NCBI GenBank assembly: GCA_002269645.1
Contig: NIVC01000838.1
Location: 248,001 to 312,000 of the forward strand
Source: Macrostomum lignano
Lineage: Eukaryota
Direction of reading: 5' to 3'
DNA length: 64,000 nt
The notes below the pieces were generated by a model. That model searched no databases and was not told the origin of the DNA. It was given only the letters and a program-made list of their open reading frames with translations. Below, one piece after another: positions 1 through 10,752 of the stretch. Every line of letters begins with the position of its first letter. Position 1 is the stretch's first letter. A program made the translations under genes and the position numbers.

Positions 1-130
1 CAAATCCCATCTAGCTATAAAATATCCAAAATCCCAACGGGTTATAAAATATCCCAAATCCCATCGGGTTCTAAAATATCCCAAATCCCATCGGGTTATA
101 AAATATCCCCAATCGGCCAATCCCATCAGG
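1..130. repeat. 27-bp minisatellite (ATCCCAAATCCCATCGGGTTATAAAAT), about 4-5 degenerate copies
   Basis: Direct periodicity, e.g. ATATCCCAAATC recurs at 27-bp spacing. Probably intronic to the ADAM gene. Confidence 0.8.
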
Positions 131-839
131 ATACTACGAGCCTAAATCTTTTTGGAAATTCTTTTTGGTTATAAAATATTTAACAGTCAAAATTTTCCCA
201 TAGACATGCCAAATCCTCACTTCGGTGCTGCACCGCTGATAGATGCGCGAAGGCAGTGGCTGAATAGTTCAATTGCGTCGTTTTTAAGCGTCTGCTTGAC
301 GCAACAGAAAAAAGTGTACGGGGTATTCGCGCCACCTGCGCAAAAGCTGAAGTTCGCTCTGCTGGCTTTCGAGTCCACTCGAGCCCTTTGGGAGGCCAGC
401 CAGTGGGAGACAGATCCCAGCTTATCGCGTCTCCCACTGTCGGCAGATAAAAAGAAGCAGACAAAAAAGTTTTTTTGCAGACAGAAATCGCTTGTTGGAC
501 CCCCCCTCCCATAGGAATGTGCCGGCCGTTAAGTCTCGTCGCCCAGTTATATTCAATCCACGGATCATAAATCATTATGCCTCAGGGTATTTATTTGGCC
601 ATTACACAGATTAGATCTGGCGGAGGGTTTGTTCTGCCAGCCAGATGAAGCAATTATGCATAATTAAAAAATCTTTATCTGCGCGTGTTTCCGGTGACTG
701 GGACTGTGGAAATTTTATTTTATTACAATTTTGTTTGTCTGTTAGTCTACTTCAAGTAGCCTTGTTCGAAAGCGCGAAAAAGTTTCCTGTTTCTTTTAAA
801 ATCAGCCCTGGACTCTCGGCCCTCCCTCTCCGTTCGATC

Positions 840-1120
840 TCTCTGGCGTTCTCACTCTCTCTTTCCCCCTACTCTCCCTCTCCCCCTACACTAATTCCCC
901 TCCCACTGTCCCACTCTCCCACTCTCCATCTCCCCCTACACTCCTCTCCCAGTCTCCCACTCTCCATCTCCCTCTACACTCCCTCTCCCAGTCTCCCACT
1001 CTCCATCATCTCCCCCTACACTCCCTCTTCCATTATTCCAATCCCGCTCTCCCATTCTCTCGCTTTCCCTCTCCCAATCTGCTTCTCCCTCTCCCCCTCT
1101 TCCCTACCCATCTCCCTTCT
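840..1120. repeat. CT-rich low-complexity tract
   Basis: Degenerate CTCCCCCTACACTC / CTCCCACTCTCCATC motifs. The ORF 645..1217 over it is low-complexity only. Confidence 0.7.
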
Positions 1121-1217
1121 TTATGAGCCACGGTGCCGTTCAGTTCGAACTGCAGGGGCGCACTTGCAACTACGAGTAATAAATAATCTCAAACTAAAAA
1201 TTTTGAGTTCTATTTAG

Positions 1218-2967
1218 ACTCACAAACAACAGCAGTTCTCAACCTCTCTGCCCGCTCCCTCCAGCTGCAGCCCGGACCGCCTGCTCACCCGCTCAGACGC
1301 GCAGCGCCTGGAGGCCGCGCTCCAAGCCGGCACAGCCGACTGCCTGCTCAACGGAGCGGCCGCTCCCAGCAGCGACCTGCGCTTGTGCGGCAATGGCCGC
1401 CTGGACCGGTCGGAGGAATGCGACGCCAGCAGCGCCGGCCCCGCCTGCTGCAACGCGACGACCTGCATGCTGCACAGCTGGGCCACCTGCCGCGCCGGCA
1501 GCGGCGCCTGCTGCTCCGGCTGCCGACTGAGGCCGGCCGGCTCGATTTGTCGGGCCTCGACAAACAACTGCGACTTGCCGGAGCTGTGCAACGGCACTGA
1601 CGAGGCCTGTCCTGACGACTCCAAACTGGCCGACTGGCAGCCGTGCGCCGGCCAGTCTGGCGGTGGGGACCAGCTCCGGTGGTGCCTGTCCGGCCAGTGC
1701 GCGCCCACCAGGGAGGCCTCCTGCCAGAAGGTGTGGGGCGCCAGCGCCAGCGCGGGCCCTCTGGAGTGCTACGAGGGCATCAAGCTGGACCCCTGCGCCA
1801 CCCTCATGTGCGTCGGCGGTCAGGGCAAGCCGGTCCACGAGCTGAAGGTCCAGTGGCCGAACAGCACCGAGTTGAAGTGCCGGTACAAGTCGATGGACAT
1901 TGCGCTGCCGGACGGCAGTTCCTGTCCGAGCGGCACCGCCTGCTTGTCCGGCCGGTGTCTGCAGCCGGCCGAATTGGCCGGCCGCGTGGCCGCCTCGGTT
2001 GCCTGTCCGCGAGACAGCCAGACGCATCTCGTCTGCTCCGGCCGCGGTGTCTGCACCACCAGAGCGGCCTGTCTGTGCCGGCCGGGCTGGACGGGGCGCT
2101 CCTGCGAGCGGCGTCTCGGCCCCAATGACCGCGTGAACCTGCTGCAGCAGCTGTACTGGTCCCCCGCCCAGGGCAGCCGGGACTCCAACCCGACGGACAA
2201 GGACAAGGGAAACGGGGATTGGACAATTGTGAGTAGTGCGGTTGGCGTTTTTTAATTTGGGGAATGAGGGATTTTTTAATTTTTTAATTGGGGGAATTGG
2301 AGATTTTTTAATTGGGATCTTTCACAGTAGACAGATGAGAAAAAAGGAATTTTATGTTTTAATGATTCTGGACGAATGCAATCTAGATTTATGAGACATC
2401 TTGAATATAATTTACGAGCGTATTGGGAAGACAATCAAGTTTGCGACCCCCTTCTCTCCATCAGCTGATCTGCGCTTTGGTCGGCTTCTTTCTGCTGCTG
2501 CTGGTGGTAACCTCTGCCTACATTTGCCGTAAAAAGCTTTGCCGGACTGGCCACCAGAACTTTTCAAATTCGTCGCGGGGAGCCGGTGGCGGCGGCGGCA
2601 TCGGCGGCGGCGGCAGCGGCATCGGCGGCGGCAGCGGCAAAGGTCGCCAGAAGAACGACTTGGGCTACGAAGTCAGGGAGTCCCCGCGAGGGACGACCGT
2701 CTCGTTCGCTCCTCCGTCGCACTCAGTCGGAGGCGGCGGCAGCAGCGGCGGCAGCCTGAACTCCGGCTGCCAGATTAACAGGCTGAACTCGGCAGCCAGG
2801 CTGCAGCAGCAGCAGTCGGACACTTGCAGTCAGACACTGCCGGACAAGGGCATTCTAAGAAACAAGGAGGTGGGCGAGCTGCAGGAGATGTCCAACCTGC
2901 TGGACAGCCATCTCGGGCGTCAGTCCGGGTCCGCCTCCAGTATGGAGTACGACGAGTGCGAGACTCG
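1218..2967 (+). CDS. ADAM-family membrane metalloprotease, 3' part (exons 1218-2228 and 2465-2967); 5' exons lie outside the window
   Basis: Acceptor TTTAG at 1213-1217. The exon reads ...SSCSPDRLL...ADCLLN (end of reprolysin domain), then a disintegrin domain (CGNGRLDRSEECD...CCNATTC...CRASTNNCDLPELCNG), a Cys-rich domain and an EGF-like repeat (CSGRGVCTTRAACLCRPGWTGRSC). The GTGAGT donor at 2229 (phase 0) joins in frame to CAG|CTG at 2465, giving a TM helix LICALVGFFLLLLVVTSAYIC and a Gly/Ser-rich tail. The HExxH region is not in the window. Confidence 0.9.
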
Positions 2968-3031
2968 GTGAGACGCGGTTTCTAAGAAATGTATTTCTAG
3001 AAATACGCGTGAATCAGTTTGTAGGAAAAAA

Positions 3032-3482
3032 CACAGATACTAAAATAACTAGATAGGCCACTCAGGCATATATACTTAGTAAAACAGCTTTCTACTTTCA
3101 GTTCAGTAGCAAAGAAGAATACATAAACTATTTTATAAAAATAAAGCCAGCTAAAACGACTTTGATAAGTTTAGTTAGCCCAAGCTTGCAGGCGTAAACT
3201 GAACCATTTGCTAATTGGTTCAGCAATAATGTACATTGGCCAGTCCACTGAAATGTACATGGCAGCTTTAGGCTGGAATTCCGAGAAAGCCAATAAAACT
3301 GGGACGGGACGGAGGAGGGGGTAGTGGTGAAAGGCGCGGTTGGAGGGTATAAGCTGGGGGATTAAATGAGCCTTGACTTTAAAAAATACATTAAAATGCT
3401 TCTGTTTAACTCACTACTGAACTGAAAGTAGCTTACACGTTAATGTGCTGAGTGGCCCATCTTAGTTATTCTAATATCGGTG
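3032..3482 (+). mobile_element. ~450-bp MITE, copy 1 (8-bp TSD; P- or hAT-superfamily non-autonomous element)
   Basis: Imperfect TIRs CACAGATACTAAAATAACTAGATAGGCCACTCAG...; flanks GGAAAAAA (3024-3031) and GGAAAAAC (3483-3490). Reverse complement of 5656-6105. Confidence 0.85.
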
Positions 3483-3794
3483 GGAAAAACTAAAAGAGTA
3501 AAAATCGTTCCAAAGAAATCAATCGATTTTGAATATTTTGAAGTCATTTGATTGGTAAAAATTTTCCAGGAAACCGATTCAGATACTAGCAGTCTCAGGA
3601 AAGATTTCTAGGAAATCAGAGAAATCTAAGAAATCCATAAAATATTTTCTAGGAAACTCAGAAAATCGTTCTAGCCAACAGTGTTTCTGAGAAAAAAGCG
3701 AATAATTATTAGGAAATACACATTTTTCTGGGAATTTCTAGGAAAAATAATTCTAAGAAACAATTGCAACCCCCGCCCGGCACCGGAACTGCAG

Positions 3795-4167
3795 TGGCTC
3801 GAAGCTGTCCCAGCCTGCCAAATTGGTTCCGCCCGTGCTGCTCTGCGATTCGTCAATGCAGACGGACAAAACACCAAAGCACCAGCAGCAGCAGCTGGGC
3901 TCGCAGTCCATCGAATACCTGCCCGAGTCTGACCGCTACAAGAACGGCAGCAACGGCAGCGGCGCCAGCTACTCGAACGCCAACGTCTACTCCAGCCTCT
4001 ACGCACCAGTCAGCGTTGGCAGCAGCGTTGCCGGCGGCAGCGTTGGCGGTAAGCTGGCGGCCAATCCCATCAACTTCCTTGCCGAAACTGCCCACAAGCC
4101 GGACTACACTATTGACGTGCCCGCTGCCGGCAGTTACCGCAGCAGTTCTCGTCGCGCCATTCATTAA
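3795..4167 (+). CDS. Probable terminal exon of the ADAM gene (cytoplasmic tail)
   Basis: Donor CG|GTGAGA at 2968 (phase 2) is compatible with TGCAG|T at 3794/3795, which opens the GC-rich frame GSKLSQPAKLVPPVLLCDSSMQTD...YSNANVYSSLYAPV...RRAIH* to TAA at 4167. Confidence 0.6.
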
Positions 4168-4304
4168 ACTGAACTAGCTGGACTGACTAGAAAGACATTT
4201 AAGGCTAGCACAGCATGACATACTGGACTGAATGACAATCTTCCAAACCTAAACTGCAGCATGCATTCCTTGACCTGAGTGTCTGGCTGAAAATTCACTT
4301 CCTG

Positions 4305-4832
4305 AGACCTCCACCGGCTCTCCCTGAGTCCTCCACCACCGACTCTCCCTGAGTCCTCCACCACCGACTCTCCCTGAGTCCTCCACCACCGACTCTCCCT
4401 GAGTCTCCCTGAGTCCTCCACCACCGACTCTCCATGAGTCTCCCTGAGTCCTCCACCACCGACTCTCCATGAGTCTCCCTGAGTCCTCCACCACCGACTC
4501 TCCATGAGTCTCCCTGAGTCCTTCACCACCGACTCTCCCTGAGTCCTCCACCACCAACTCTCCCTGAGTCCTCCATCACCGACTCTCCCTGAGTCCTCCA
4601 CCACCAACTCTCCCTGAGTCCTCCATCACCGACTCTCCCTGAGTCCTCCACCACCGGCTCTCCCTGAGTCCTCCATCACCGACTCTCCCTGAGTCCTCCA
4701 CCACCGGCTCTCCCTGAGTCCTCCACCACCGGCTCTCCCTGAGTCCTCCACCACCGGCTCTCCCTGAGTCCTCCACCACCGACTCTCCCTGAGTCCTCCA
4801 TCAACGACTCTCCCTGAGTCCTCCACCACCGA
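4305..4832. repeat. 25-bp minisatellite (GACTCTCCCTGAGTCCTCCACCACC)
   Basis: About 20 tandem copies just downstream of the ADAM stop codon. Confidence 0.95.
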
Positions 4833-5174
4833 CTTAGGGCTCCACCCTGAGCGCTCTGGTCTAAGGACACAGCGGGGAGGCAGGAGCCGCCCATTCTGCT
4901 TGGGCTGGAAAGTGGGAGAGAGAGAGAGAGAGCCCTCGGTCTGTCGAGCAGCCCTAGGGTCTGTTGAACACTCGCGGGGCCGAATATCCTTGAAGACGAG
5001 CACCGAGACCCTTAGTTTTTTAGCTTTTTGAATATTTTTTCTCTTTGTGTTTTTCTAATGTAAAAGTATTCAGCTGCTCTACCACCTCAACAATATAATT
5101 ACTAAATGTATTCAAAAACAATTGTTATTTATTACTGTTATTGCGCCTAGTCTGTCAGTTAATATCTCTAATAC

Positions 5175-5474
5175 CTTGGGTCGGCAAACCTTTTTACCTC
5201 AAAGGGTCAGATAGAGAGCCTAGAGCATGACTGCGGGCCAGTGGAGGGGAGAGAGGAGAGGGAATAGAGAAGAGAGAAGGGAGATAAGTGAAAGGAGAGT
5301 CGAGGGAATAAATGAGGATAGATCCTAGAGAGGAGGAAGGAGACGAGAGAGGAGGGATGAGATTAGAGAGAAGAGAGCTGAGCAGAGACAAACATTAGGT
5401 CGCTATTTTCAAATTTCAATGGACCCGAGAGCCAAATAGAGACGCTTCCGTGGGCCAGAGTTTGCCGAGCCCTG
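5175..5474. mobile_element. Charlie-like hAT MITE remnant with internal GA-rich tract
   Basis: Ends CTTGGGTCGGCAAAC...GTTTGCCGAGCCCTG resemble the CAGGGGTCGGCAAAC TIR typical of hAT-Charlie elements. The TSD is only partly conserved (TCTAATAC / ATTTATAC). Confidence 0.6.
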
Positions 5475-5655
5475 ATTTATACAGTCCGATCTAAATCTAG
5501 TTGAATTTTGATGTATATGCTAAAGTCTATCTAATACCTGAATAATGGCGTTTTCTTCTGCTCAATACGGCATTTTTACGGCTGTATATGGCTAATACGG
5601 CTGTCACCTGTTCGCAGGGAACATTAACAGCAATAGTTTTATGCTTACTCCAGAC

Positions 5656-6105
5656 CACAGATATTAGAATAACTAAGATGGGCCACTCAGCACATTAACG
5701 TGTAAGCTACTTTCAGTTCAGTAGCAAGTTAAACTGAAGCATTTTAATGTATTTTTTAAAGTCAAGGCTCATTTAATCCCCCAGCTTAAACCCTCCAACC
5801 AAACGCGCCTTTCCACACCACCCCCGCCCCGCCCCAGTTTTTATTGGCTTTCTCGGAATTCCAGCCTAAAGCTGCCATGTACATTTCAGTGGACTGGCCA
5901 ATGTACATTATTGCTGAACCAATTAGCAAATGGTTCAGTTTACGCCTGCAAGTTTGGGCTAACTAAACTTATCAAAGTCGTTTTAGCTGGGTTTATTTTT
6001 ATAAAATAGTTTATGTATTCTTCTTTGCTACTGAACTGAAAGTAGAAAGCTGTTTTACTAAGTATATATGCCTGAGTGGCCTATCCAGTTATTTTAGTAT
6101 CTGTG
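5656..6105 (-). mobile_element. ~450-bp MITE, copy 2 (inverted relative to copy 1)
   Basis: CACAGATA...TATCTGTG termini with a perfect 8-bp TSD CTCCAGAC at 5648-5655 and 6106-6113. Confidence 0.9.
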
Positions 6106-8010
6106 CTCCAGACTGGCTCCTGCTCAAAGTTCATCCTGCACTGCCCAGCTGTACTCTGTTGCTTTGTGCTTTGCTTTTTCTGTCGTTTTTCTCCTCTGCC
6201 CTTCCATCACTAATAAACTTGTTTTGTAAACAGTTGGCATAACACCAACGCATTTTTTGCTCGTCGAACTACCAAATAGTTTTTGCTGTCACCTGTTAAA
6301 GGTCCAGAAACTGCGCCTGGGTGAGAGCCAGTGACCAACAAAGCCAGAGCTGATGCGGACACATGTGGTCGACGTACTGATGAAATTTGGCGCACAGGGG
6401 TGTATTTGAAAAATCCGACCTTCTGGCAGAATTGTTGAATCGTGTGCTCCGTTCTGGCACAGCAAAAACTGTATCCCCTAATAGCTATCTGTTAGCTATC
6501 TGTTAATGAAACAAAAATAATTGCTAAAAAATTTCAATAGAATTGTTTTTTAATAAAAAAACAGCAGTTCCTTATTCCACACTTGAATAAAAAAAGTTTT
6601 TCTACTACTGATCGTAGAGCTATGTAAGTAGTAAATCGTAGGAATGAATGAGTTTTTTTAAAGGGAATTACCTGCCCGCTAAGGTCTAAAAATGAAATTT
6701 CTTAAACTGGATTTTTACAGAAGTTTCATTTTTATACTTAAATGACAAGTACATGTGTACTTTTTAGAGTTTAAAATTAATAATAATACTAATTCAGTCG
6801 GATTGCCGTTTTAATTTTTGCTATAACTATGATTATTAGCTAGCTCATGAGTGCATTGCATTGCCGTGTATTTATTTTACTGAACTAAAACTAAGTAAAA
6901 AGGATGCCAGAGTTTGTACAAGCGATTAACGCTACTTTAAGTAGCATGCAAAGTTTTTGAAAAAAAATGGTGTCCAAAATTCAGATTGGGACACTTGAAA
7001 GTGCGATATTAAATTAGCTAACAGTGATAAATGAGTTGTGAAATTCAAAATCAACAGATATAAATATGGCATTGTAGCTGTCAAATTGTTGAATAATGGT
7101 ATAAATTCAGCTAACATTTATAAGTAGTACAAGATGAAGATGAAATTGCATGAATTTTAACACAAAGTCGGTTATCAGCAAAAAAATTGTATCGCAATTC
7201 GTAATGAGGTCAAAGTTTTTTTTGATTAATTGCTGCTTGATTCGCTGGAAAATCCAGTGAAGTCCAGCAACTGCATTCAACTTTTGAAGTAGCACAATTA
7301 ATTAGATAATTTTAGCAAAAAAAAATAAGTCATTTTTACCAGCTAAAAGTAAAGTAAAGTGAAGTGAAGTTAGTATAAATATATTATTCTATTATTTTGA
7401 TTATTTAAATTTAAATAAATTTTACTATAATTATCTAAGTTAATTAATTCAAATTTAATTCAATTTTATTCTAAATTTTAACGAACTATTTAAGCTACTA
7501 TTTTAAAATCTTATTGTTTTGCAGGAACAGCCTTCGATACAACAAAAAGATTGAACGATTTCTTAGAAATGGAAAATGGAGTTTAAAAGTCAATTACTCA
7601 TTTTAACTGTACCGATGTTTCAAGACATTTTCAAAAAGTAATCACTCGAAAATGAACAATACTAGATTCTTTGTATTGTTTCATTGATTATTGGTATTGA
7701 TTATCCACTGATCTCAAGGAAATTCACTGGTTCATTAAAGCAACAGACGATTACCATAAAGATGAACCAGTTCTAAGAAACCCGTCGATTTCTATCAAGA
7801 ATTTTCCTCTGTTTCTAAGAAAGAACCTATTTCTGCATAAGTTTCTAAGAAATCAACCGGTTTTCATTAGGTGGGCCAGCTTAAAGCAAACTTTTAAACA
7901 AATAAACTATTTCCTTAAAAAGTCTACCTAATTTTTAATTCAAATAGAAGCTACTTTCTAAGGAAGGACCTCCAGCCTCCAATTATTATTGACTATGAAA
8001 CAGTCGCCAT

Positions 8011-10449
8011 TCAATCGTCCACCTGCAGCAGTCGGCAAGCGGCTGACGCAGCAGGTGCAGCCGTCCCGGTAAGCGGCCGGCCGCAGCCGAACGCCCGCCC
8101 GAACTCGGGCAGAATCGCCATCAGGCGAGCCCGGCTGGCCATGGAGAGGCCCGTGCCGGTATCCGTTGTCTCTAGCCCCGGCGCCGACCGATGGCAGGCC
8201 AGCAGCTGCCCCACCGTCAGCAGGAAGTCGCGGTCGAAGTCGATCTCCTTCTTGCTGTCAGCAGCGGCTGGTGGCCGCAGAGCAGCCAGGGCCAAACTGG
8301 CCGACCGCAGCTGCCGGTCCGCCGCTGTCCGCCTCGCCGACGACTCCGCCGGCAGGCCGAAGCCGCTGCGATTGGTGGCTGCGGCGCAGCGGATTACCGT
8401 CAGCGACTCCAGCTGAGGCTGCCGCGCCAGCAAGTCGTGGGCGGTGAGGAAGGCCAAGGCGGCCGGGCGCAGCGCCAGGGCGTTCACCGCCAGCGGGAAC
8501 CGCAGGCCCGGGGTCGCCAGCTCGGCCAGCAGGGCCGGCGCCGGCCCCAGGCCTCCGTCGACGTCCCCAGTCGAGCTGCCGCCGCGGTAAAAGGCAGACC
8601 CGAGACCAACAATGCGACGGTGCCTCAGGATGTTCAGCACAATGCCCAGGTAGCCGGCCTCCCGTCTGGCCTCCAGGCCACCGTAGGCGTTCGCCATTCG
8701 CAGCTCGGCCGCCTCGTCGGTCTCGCCGAACGCGTAGCCGTACCTGCCGCTGTCCAGAGCGCGCAGGAGGCCGCCCTTTGCCGCCAGCTCGATGTCCGAG
8801 GCGCCGCGGATCGTGTCGGCCAGACGGGCCCGCAGGCCGGCCACAAGTCGGCGACGTCCCCGATGAAAAAGCGGCAACGCCGACGGCGACGGCATCAAGT
8901 CGAAGGCGACGCGCAGGCAGCGGCGTCCGATGGTCTCGGGCTGCGTCGGAGGCGGCGGCGGCCCCAGCGGCAGCGGTTGACGTCGGCTGAGCAGCTCGCG
9001 CTGGCCGGGCTGGTTGAAGAACTCCGCTAGGCCGACGGAGAAACGCTCGAGGCCGGCCAGGGCGTTGACGAAGGCGTAGCCGGCCAGGCTGTCCGGGTCC
9101 AGGTTGGCCGTGAGGCGCAGCACCCGCCGCAGGGTGTCCGGTCGCCGTACCCGCAGCCTGCGGTATCGCCCGCTCGCCCAGCCAGGAAAAGCGGCCGAGC
9201 GGAAGGCCGCCCAGCCGGCCGAGCCAGCCGGAAACAGCCCGGCCACCTCGTCCAGGCTCAGCAGCTGCGGCGGCTCCTCTGGGGCGTCAACGACCGCCAG
9301 CAGCCTCGCCAGGCTGACGTGGTAGCGCCCGACCGCCTCGGCGATGAGCTGCGGCACCCCGCGGCCCAGCAGGTCGGTGAAGGCCGCCTTGACGAGCCCG
9401 GCCACGGAGGCCGCGTCGCTGCCCGGTGCGATGTTTGACAGCCGCGGCTCCAGCAGCCAGTTGAGGACGTCCGCCTCTGCCTCCGCGTTCGCAGTCTGCG
9501 CGGCTGTCGCTGGTTCTGGGCGCAGTTCCACGGCAAAGCCGAGCCCGTTGCCTACCAGGCGGCCCAGCGTGGCCTCCCAGCTGTCGTTGCCGCCGGCCCA
9601 GCCGAGGCTGCGACGGCTGAAGAACGACATCGGCGGCAGCAGGCGTCGGCGAATGTTGTGGTCCCGTTCGGCCAGCAGGTCGAGCAGTTCGTCGCGAGGG
9701 AAATCAGCGCCGGCTCTGGCGCAGGCCCGGGTCAGGTTGGTGACGGCCGACTGCCAGGCCGGCGCGGCCGGGCCCTGCGGCCCGTGGAACAGCCGCTCCA
9801 CCAGCGCGTCTTCGATGGCCTCCTGCGTGTCGGACAGGCGAGTCCTGGACGATTCGAGTCGCCCGGAGGCCGCCTGCCAGCGCAGCGGGTGGCTCGCCGA
9901 GTAGCCAGAGCAGGCCCTGGCGTAGAAGTCGCCGGTGCAGGGATCGTCGGTGTTGTCGCCAAACGATGTCGCCTCGCCGCTGCCGCCGCTACCGTCGGCG
10001 CCGTCGCAGCCGAGAAACTGGGCTCGGTGCGGCAGCCGGAGCCCGGACTGGAACCGCAGGTCCAGGCAATAAAGCAGCCCAAGCACCAGCAGGGCGACTG
10101 CGAAGCCGGCCAGCAGGACGGCCAGAGCGATTGACGTGGCCGAGCAGCCGCTGCTTCGGCTTCCTCGGTGGCCACCACCACCGGCGCCGACGTCGCCATC
10201 GTGATAGTCATCAGCGAGGCGCACCTTCAGAGTTGCTCCGTCAGAAGTTTGAGCATCGGCGTATTCTTCAGAGGCTGTGGAGCCGGCTGTTGTGGGAGTC
10301 ATTGTGGTTGTTGCCGTGGTCGCTGCTGTCTGCGTCTTGTCGGCGGAATGAGCAGCCGCAGCCGCCGCCGCTGTTGAGACCAGAAGTAACGGAGCTTCCG
10401 ATGAAGCAGCGGATGCTGGGTTACTATTGGTGGGCGACGTCTCTTTCAT
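8011..10449 (-). CDS. Neprilysin/ECE-like (peptidase M13) type II membrane protein, intronless, apparently catalytically inactive
   Basis: 812-aa ATG ORF with an N-terminal cytoplasmic tail and TM helix IALAVLLAGFAVALLVLGLLYCL. It has the M13 signature DPCTGDFYARACSGY and C-terminal FLLTVGQLLAC and LPEFGRAFGC...C matching the conserved M13 C-terminus. There is no HExxH (AHDLLA in its place) and no GENIAD (RTAAD). Confidence 0.8.
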   Translation of the reverse strand: MKETSPTNSNPASAASSEAPLLLVSTAAAAAAAHSADKTQTAATTATTTMTPTTAGSTASEEYADAQTSDGATLKVRLADDYHDGDVGAGGGGHRGSRSSGCSATSIALAVLLAGFAVALLVLGLLYCLDLRFQSGLRLPHRAQFLGCDGADGSGGSGEATSFGDNTDDPCTGDFYARACSGYSASHPLRWQAASGRLESSRTRLSDTQEAIEDALVERLFHGPQGPAAPAWQSAVTNLTRACARAGADFPRDELLDLLAERDHNIRRRLLPPMSFFSRRSLGWAGGNDSWEATLGRLVGNGLGFAVELRPEPATAAQTANAEAEADVLNWLLEPRLSNIAPGSDAASVAGLVKAAFTDLLGRGVPQLIAEAVGRYHVSLARLLAVVDAPEEPPQLLSLDEVAGLFPAGSAGWAAFRSAAFPGWASGRYRRLRVRRPDTLRRVLRLTANLDPDSLAGYAFVNALAGLERFSVGLAEFFNQPGQRELLSRRQPLPLGPPPPPTQPETIGRRCLRVAFDLMPSPSALPLFHRGRRRLVAGLRARLADTIRGASDIELAAKGGLLRALDSGRYGYAFGETDEAAELRMANAYGGLEARREAGYLGIVLNILRHRRIVGLGSAFYRGGSSTGDVDGGLGPAPALLAELATPGLRFPLAVNALALRPAALAFLTAHDLLARQPQLESLTVIRCAAATNRSGFGLPAESSARRTAADRQLRSASLALAALRPPAAADSKKEIDFDRDFLLTVGQLLACHRSAPGLETTDTGTGLSMASRARLMAILPEFGRAFGCGRPLTGTAAPAASAACRLLQVDD

Positions 10450-10466
10450 TGTCTCTGTGCCTGCAG

Positions 10467-10752
10467 CAATGTGTCCGGACTGGTCTATGGCAATGTGTCC
10501 GGACTGGTCTATGGCGATGTGTCCGGACTGGTCTATGGCAATGTGTCCGGACTGGTCTATGGCGATGTGTCCGGACTGGTCTATGGCGATGTGTCCGGAC
10601 TGGTCTATGGCGATGTGTCCGGACTGGTCTATGGCGATGTGTCCGGACTGGTCTATGGCGATGTGTCCGGACTGGTCTATGGCAATGTGTCCGGACTGGT
10701 CTATGGCGATGTGTCCGGACTGGTCTATGGCGATGTGTCCGGACTGGTCTAT
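10467..10752. repeat. 24-bp minisatellite (GC[G/A]ATGTGTCCGGACTGGTCTATG), about 12 copies
   Basis: Direct tandem repeat immediately 5' of the M13-like start codon. Confidence 0.95.
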
